Of a DNA stretch of 64,000 nucleotides, positions 59,163 through 64,000 are shown piece by piece. Location: positions 32,001-96,000 of the IMG/VR virus record IMGVR_UViG_3300002141_000152. One strand, given 5' to 3'. The translations under genes and the position numbers were made by a program. The number at the start of each line of letters is the position of its first letter. Position 1 is the stretch's first letter. The notes beneath the pieces are model-generated. The model was given only the letters and a program-made list of their open reading frames with translations. It was not told the DNA's origin and made no database searches. The DNA comes from a virus.

Positions 59163-59657
59163 TTAAAGAAGAGAGGAATCATGTACAAAGATAAAATCAA
59201 AGGTCAGCACAGAGTCAATTTCGCTGTGGCCATAGAGAGCCTGCTGAATTGCAGTGTCTAGGTCTTCCTCCGCTAGATCACTTGCGATGGTTAAGATAAA
59301 TTTATAGAGAGGCTTGCCATAGTAAAGAGATCGATACTTGTCGGATCTAGTCCCCTCTGATCCCTCAAACTGGACGTCGGAGACGAGACTCCGGTCGACA
59401 GTAGAGACGCTGTCTGCAACAAGTTCAACAAACTGGTCGATGTCTATTTCTTCTAGTGGCAAATTGTGCCGCATGCGAACGCCAAGAGTGACCTTGTACC
59501 TCCACTCAAAATCTTCTGATTGGAGTGGAATCCCGGACTCCTTAGCTAGGGTAACGTATTCACTCTTGCTAATGAGTCCACTGGTTAAGAGGTCACGTAA
59601 GACCTGCTCCTCGTCGTCTCGTGATTCCCGAAGATACCTCTTAAATGACTTTAACAT
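59163..59657 (-). CDS. CTS plus SHOCT-like plus variable domain protein
   Basis: MLKSFKRYLRE; LRDLLTSGLISKSEY. Confidence 0.6.
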   Translation of the reverse strand: MLKSFKRYLRESRDDEEQVLRDLLTSGLISKSEYVTLAKESGIPLQSEDFEWRYKVTLGVRMRHNLPLEEIDIDQFVELVADSVSTVDRSLVSDVQFEGSEGTRSDKYRSLYYGKPLYKFILTIASDLAEEDLDTAIQQALYGHSEIDSVLTFDFIFVHDSSLL

Positions 59658-59676
59658 TGACTATTAGTTATTTTAA

Positions 59677-59703
59677 TTATTTATCCAGGGCGCCCTATAA
59701 ATA
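59677..59703. promoter_or_regulatory. Back-to-back late promoters
   Basis: ATAAATAA on minus strand (59677-59684) and exact T4 late consensus TATAAATA on plus strand (59696-59703). Confidence 0.65.
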
Positions 59704-59718
59704 AAAATAAAAAAGGAA

Positions 59719-59868
59719 ATGGCCAAGAAATCCACCAACTCTGCCACTGCTACAGCAGTCAGGGTTAAAGTTAAGAAGAAGAGACCGGGTGTACACTCGA
59801 AAACCAAGTGTGATGTGAACAAGCGAAGCAAACACTGGGTCAAACTGAGTAGAGGACAGGGTAAGTAA
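59719..59868 (+). CDS. 49-aa basic peptide ending RGQGK (not in ORF track)
   Basis: MAKKSTNSATATAVRVKVKKKRPGVHSKTKCDVNKRSKHWVKLSRGQGK; TATAAATA upstream, hairpin downstream. Confidence 0.7.
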   Translation: MAKKSTNSATATAVRVKVKKKRPGVHSKTKCDVNKRSKHWVKLSRGQGK

Positions 59869-60156
59869 TCCAGTTCTTCAGTCCGTTATTTAGAAGGGAG
59901 CCTCAGACGGGACTCCCTTCGCCAGTTATATTGATACTTTAGTTGAGGGTCGGAGTCACTCCTGTGTCGCGAGTTGAGGTGACTTTAGGTACTGAGCCGG
60001 CTGGAAAAGTGTCTCTACGCCAGAGTGGTCTGGGCTCCATGGCTGCGGGTGAGTCCAAGGCTCCCGCGGGCAGGGGATTTGCCAGAGACCCGACCGGCGC
60101 CACTAGCCAGAGACGCTAGCACGCACCCGCCTGCGGGGAGCCGTCCCTTACTCCAT

Positions 60157-60184
60157 AAAAAAGCCCGCGATTAAGCGGGCTCTT
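60157..60184 (-). terminator. Intrinsic terminator for the 60204-61385 gene
   Basis: GCCCGC-loop-GCGGGC with a T-tract on the minus strand. Confidence 0.7.
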
Positions 60185-60203
60185 ACGGTCGTCAAACCAA
60201 TAC

Positions 60204-61385
60204 CTACAGTGTCGCGAATTGTGCGAATTGCAAGTCGTATCCGTCCTTAGTACCTTTACCGAAAAGGTGTCCAGCTTGTTCTTTCAATTGGTGTTTGTTC
60301 TCCAATTGCAGGCCGGAATTGTTGGAACCAAGGAATGTCATTGAGTTTACCACGTCCCAAATACTTTGGCCGGTCTTGATAAAGCTCTTCTGCTTATCGT
60401 TCAATCTCATTGGGTCTTGTCCTTTGCGTACGATACGTCCCATAGTCTCAGCATGTGAGTGGAAGTATTTACGAGCAACGGTGTCGATGAATGCTTTCTT
60501 CAGGGTTGGGTCGTCTTCTCGAACCATTCGTTGTGAGCTAATCATGGCATTCTCGACTTCAAGCAAGCTTGCTTTTGTATTCACAGCGGACTCTAGTGCG
60601 GTGTTGAAACCTACCGGAATAAAACCAGCTTTATTCATTGTCTCAATACGTCCAAGGAAATTCTTAATATCGTCGGCACTTGTTCCACCTAGGCGAAACT
60701 TCTCTTCGAAATTAATATCACGGTTTGCACCGATCGCACCTTGTCCTAAGCTTACACGAAGTCCATTGCTACATACCAATCTCTGATTGTACATTTCAAC
60801 TGTCGTGTCTTTAGAAGACTGAATAATCGAGAAACCAAATTTAAAGAACTCGTCTTTACCGGCTCCAGGAAAACCTACCTCTTCTCCATTCAGCAAGTTG
60901 ATAACTGTTTTTCCACTATGTGGATTGAAGTCAATTGTCTCGATACTTAAGTTTGAGTTACCATTCATAATACGAGATGTCATATCAAAAACAGTTTCAT
61001 TGGTCATTCTACGAAAACGTTTAGGATCGCAGATGTCAATAATTTCGCGACTTGTTGGGCTAGCAATCAACATGATTTCTGTACCTCCATGCGCTTGACG
61101 ATAGGATTTCAAGCCATTCAATAAACTTGTAGCAATCTTGCCGTCCTCGTTCTTAATCATCTCACGAGTTAAGGACTGATTTACCTTTAGCATTCCTGCT
61201 AATTTTTGAAAGAATCCTTGGCCAACAGGTACAGCTTGTCCGCTGACGTTGATTGTTCCTCGTGCGATGGAGTTGTCGTCCAGCTCGATTGCGCCTAGTG
61301 GCACGGTTTTTGTAATACACTCAGCTTTTGCGAGTGTCTCGCGAATCTGTTCGAATTCGTGGTCTGATACTTCTTTTTTTGCCAT
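60204..61385 (-). CDS. DUF932-like protein
   Basis: RLVCSNG motif and SIWDVVNSMT helix. Confidence 0.55.
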   Translation of the reverse strand: MAKKEVSDHEFEQIRETLAKAECITKTVPLGAIELDDNSIARGTINVSGQAVPVGQGFFQKLAGMLKVNQSLTREMIKNEDGKIATSLLNGLKSYRQAHGGTEIMLIASPTSREIIDICDPKRFRRMTNETVFDMTSRIMNGNSNLSIETIDFNPHSGKTVINLLNGEEVGFPGAGKDEFFKFGFSIIQSSKDTTVEMYNQRLVCSNGLRVSLGQGAIGANRDINFEEKFRLGGTSADDIKNFLGRIETMNKAGFIPVGFNTALESAVNTKASLLEVENAMISSQRMVREDDPTLKKAFIDTVARKYFHSHAETMGRIVRKGQDPMRLNDKQKSFIKTGQSIWDVVNSMTFLGSNNSGLQLENKHQLKEQAGHLFGKGTKDGYDLQFAQFATL

Positions 61386-61403
61386 GATAAGATTTTTTTT
61401 AAA

Positions 61404-61431
61404 TTGGTTTGACTTAATTATAATACTAAAA
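61404..61431 (-). promoter_or_regulatory. Repeated promoter element TTTTAGTATTATAATTAAGTCAAACCAA, second copy at about 62597-62624
   Basis: Identical ~28-bp block upstream of two consecutive genes. Confidence 0.7.
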
Positions 61432-61466
61432 ACTTACTACATTTTAAAACTATTGTATACAAATAT

Positions 61467-62582
61467 TTATTCCTGTTTCGCAGGTTCTTCTACGGAGTCC
61501 ACCGTTTCTGGCTTCTTAGTAAGGAAGATTTCTTCAAACTTACGAGTCAGGTCGTGTTGGCGTATTGACTCCTTGTTCTCAATCTTATTCATCTCCTCAC
61601 TTTCAGTGTATCGTTCTGAATCGTAAACTACTGCACCCTGTTTATCAAGCGTGTAATATAATCTCTTGTTTACTCCGCCACCACCTCGACGATTTTTTGA
61701 AAACTCAACATATCGATTACCACTTAGGTCAAAACGAATTTCAAGCATGGCAGTCGTTGCGTGTTTTAGGTAGGTGCTACCGACATAGGTACCTCCTTTG
61801 GTCATGTGTTGAATTGCCAAGACCGCGCAGCCATCTTTTTCAGCAGCAGTAATCATCATGCCAGTTAACCAAGACTCGGCTTGCGTTGATTTCCATTGCT
61901 GTGCTTCTTTCAATTTTACTAGAACATCTTGGTAGGAGTCAAGCACAATAATATCATAACCTCCATTGAAGGCTACCGATAATACTTCACTCAGCTTTCC
62001 GTTAGCAATATAGTCCATCAGCAATAGTGTTGGTACCTTACCGATTGATGGAGTTTTCTTGTAGTAAAACAGGATATCATTACGGGTCATTTCACTTGAT
62101 ATATAAAGTATCTTTGCCTCAGGATTGGTGTCCTGTACAGAAGAAAGAACGTCTAATAAGATAGTCGACTTGCCGACACCCGACTCACCAATTACAATAT
62201 TAACAGTTCCACCATAGACTCCACCGCCAGGTTCATGGTCCGAGAAGAGGTCATCGATCTTTTTGCCAGTCTTGTGCAACTTGAATTCAGGAAAGACGAG
62301 GTCTTCTACTTTAATAACGTTCGGCACGATTGGGACTACGGAGTCCAGCTCGACTGCACTCACATCAGTTTTGGTTTCGCGCACTCCGCCTTCTGCTAGG
62401 ATTTTCTTCAGTACTCCATTAAAGAGTCCATACGAAACTTCTTCATCGAGTGCAGCGCCGACTCGATTTTCAAAATCGATAAATGAGTCTAACACTTTAC
62501 CTCGCGGTACCTTGCCGTCGTGCGACTTGTTAATCCATCGACGAACACTCTGTTCTTTTTTACCGCCCTTAATTTCTATCAT
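61467..62582 (-). CDS. RecA-superfamily ATPase (RadA/Sms-like)
   Basis: GESGVGKST, LYISSEM, IVLDSYQ, HMTKGGTYVGSTYLKH, SKNRRG. Confidence 0.82.
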   Translation of the reverse strand: MIEIKGGKKEQSVRRWINKSHDGKVPRGKVLDSFIDFENRVGAALDEEVSYGLFNGVLKKILAEGGVRETKTDVSAVELDSVVPIVPNVIKVEDLVFPEFKLHKTGKKIDDLFSDHEPGGGVYGGTVNIVIGESGVGKSTILLDVLSSVQDTNPEAKILYISSEMTRNDILFYYKKTPSIGKVPTLLLMDYIANGKLSEVLSVAFNGGYDIIVLDSYQDVLVKLKEAQQWKSTQAESWLTGMMITAAEKDGCAVLAIQHMTKGGTYVGSTYLKHATTAMLEIRFDLSGNRYVEFSKNRRGGGGVNKRLYYTLDKQGAVVYDSERYTESEEMNKIENKESIRQHDLTRKFEEIFLTKKPETVDSVEEPAKQE

Positions 62583-62646
62583 AGTTTTAGATTTTATTGG
62601 TTTGACTTAATTATAATACTAAAAAACTGAAGATTTATAAAACTTA

Positions 62647-63135
62647 TTACAAACTTTCTTTTGACAATTCATCAAGTCTAATGCGCTCAGTATTTGATAA
62701 ATTAGTAAGACCTACCTTACTGACAAGATCGAGCAACTGATCTAGCGATAGCTTCACCTCAACTCTAGCTTCTACTGGAATATCCTCAGCTAGGGGTTCA
62801 GGTGTCGTGCCTTTCTTAATCTCCCGAGTCAGTAACTCAAATGCCTTACTTACAGCTGGTCCAAAGTCTTCGGAATTTATTGCAAAACCGGGAGAAGTCG
62901 TGTCCATTACAAGTACAGGTAGCCTATCGCCGGTTCCCTTGCCGACTTCATAGAATCCTTCGGCTATCTTTGTCGGGCTCCAATCAGTATAGATTAAAGT
63001 TATCATACCCTTATTTGGAACTGGTATGCCGAGTGCTAGGCGAGCGTTGCAGCCTGCAATTGCGGCAAGCAGTGGCATCTCATTACCGACAGGTGCGTCC
63101 TTGCCGAACCTGAATATTAGAACTATTCTTTTCAT
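62647..63135 (-). CDS. Hypothetical protein
   Basis: C-terminal LDQLLDLVSKVGLTNLSNTERIRL helical motif. Confidence 0.55.
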   Translation of the reverse strand: MKRIVLIFRFGKDAPVGNEMPLLAAIAGCNARLALGIPVPNKGMITLIYTDWSPTKIAEGFYEVGKGTGDRLPVLVMDTTSPGFAINSEDFGPAVSKAFELLTREIKKGTTPEPLAEDIPVEARVEVKLSLDQLLDLVSKVGLTNLSNTERIRLDELSKESL

Positions 63136-63140
63136 ATTAT

Positions 63141-63488
63141 TTAGAATTTATAAAGTAAAATAACTCTATTGATAAAATTATCAAAGTCATCTTTTGTAAT
63201 TTGATCAGGTCTCACTGGATAAGGATTGAGGCACATCATCATGTCTCTCTCTTCACGTGCAGTATTTGCTGCAGTTGGATATGGTGTTGCATCGTGCCAT
63301 AATTGTACTAAATCCTGATCATAATAGATTACGACAATTGGTGGCTCTTGATCTGGAATCGGATTTGGACTAACTGAACACTGGAAAAAGTTTCCAAACT
63401 CTTCATCTGGGCCATTCTCTTGCGCGGAATCAAGATCGATTAATAGATCTACTCCAAATAATTCTTGTAATTTAGTGTGGGTTGTCAT
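63141..63488 (-). CDS. Hypothetical early protein
   Basis: ORF behind repeated promoter. Confidence 0.55.
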   Translation of the reverse strand: MTTHTKLQELFGVDLLIDLDSAQENGPDEEFGNFFQCSVSPNPIPDQEPPIVVIYYDQDLVQLWHDATPYPTAANTAREERDMMMCLNPYPVRPDQITKDDFDNFINRVILLYKF

Positions 63489-63530
63489 GTGTGTTTAAGT
63501 TTTAATATTGAGTAAATGTAATAAATTAGT

Positions 63531-63554
63531 TTGACACTAAAAAATCGGGGCAAA
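63531..63554 (-). promoter_or_regulatory. Repeated early promoter TTTGCCCCGATTTTTTAGTGTCAA, second copy at about 63820-63843
   Basis: Identical 24-mer; each followed on the minus strand by TA(C/T)ATTTAC, similar to the Bacteroidetes -7 element TAnnTTTG. Confidence 0.7.
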
Positions 63555-63779
63555 TTAAAACCAGCTCTTACAATTATAGCATTTAGATGAGTCATCTACT
63601 TTGTATGCGCCAATTCTCCAAAACCACTTTTCAGTATTTCCTGGGTCAACGGCCGATGCATATACTTCGCGCGCTCCACAGTGTGGACACTGCAGCCCCT
63701 GTTTGTCAGGCTTCTCTCCGCATTTTTCAATAATTGCAGATTTAATTGATTCTTCTAAAATCTCAGATAGTGTATCCAT
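63555..63779 (-). CDS. Small Zn-ribbon protein
   Basis: CPHCG...CYNC; start corrected to MDTLSE. Confidence 0.6.
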   Translation of the reverse strand: MDTLSEILEESIKSAIIEKCGEKPDKQGLQCPHCGAREVYASAVDPGNTEKWFWRIGAYKVDDSSKCYNCKSWF

Positions 63780-63942
63780 ATGTCTTGTTTTTAATGTTAA
63801 GTAAATATAACTACTTATGTTGACACTAAAAAATCGGGGCAAAATATTTTTTTCGCCGCGAGTGGGTCTCTATCAGAGACGCGCCCAGCGCACGCCGAAA
63901 GCAGAGACGCCACGGATCCACTCGCGGCCGGTTTTTTAAAAC

Positions 63943-63971
63943 AAAAAAAGCTCCAATCTCTTGGAGCTTTT
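63943..63971. terminator. Intrinsic terminator
   Basis: AAAAAAAGCTCCAA-TCTC-TTGGAGCTTTT. Confidence 0.75.
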
Positions 63972-64000
63972 GATAAGTCAGTATTTAATTGTTATTCAAT

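Larger units (their letters stand above)
58089..62346 (+). repeat. Dispersed co-oriented 11-mer CTACGGAGTCC (7 exact, 1 with one mismatch)
   Basis: Starts at 58089, 58157, 58326, 58653, 58906, 61490, 62336; variant at 58761. Confidence 0.9.

Noticed and set aside
1-64000. Alternative genetic code, retron or diversity-generating retroelement
   Set aside because: Core genes are intact in the standard code with all three stop codons used, and no reverse transcriptase or adenine-specific TR/VR pair was seen.

Overview
This 64-kb AT-rich window is part of a large T4-like (myovirus-type) phage genome, probably infecting Bacteroidetes: it carries a DUF4294-like gene and TAnnTTTA promoter elements. 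It contains a nonulosonic-acid/glycosylation cluster (NeuB), a baseplate module, a candidate RNA end-healing cluster, UvsY/UvsW, PhoH, the C-terminal half of a split family-B DNA polymerase, primase, gp4/gp2/portal/gp25/gp13 homologs, two free-standing endonucleases, lysis genes and a class II ribonucleotide reductase. Three things stand out. (1) About 25 otherwise unrelated proteins carry an N-terminal peptide resembling the T4 capsid-targeting sequence, mostly behind an ATAAATAA late-promoter motif. Some add a SHOCT-like module, and promoter/leader cassettes are duplicated at DNA level. (2) A GC-rich island at about 57.9-62.4 kb holds an IS607-type serine-recombinase homolog whose catalytic Ser is replaced by Ala. 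It has no TnpB and sits among 7 exact co-oriented copies of CTACGGAGTCC, iteron-like repeats and palindromes, which suggests a domesticated origin- or pac-binding system. (3) There are several candidate non-coding RNAs, including a tRNA-like element with an aberrant anticodon arm. All calls come from reading motifs by eye; no database searches were run.
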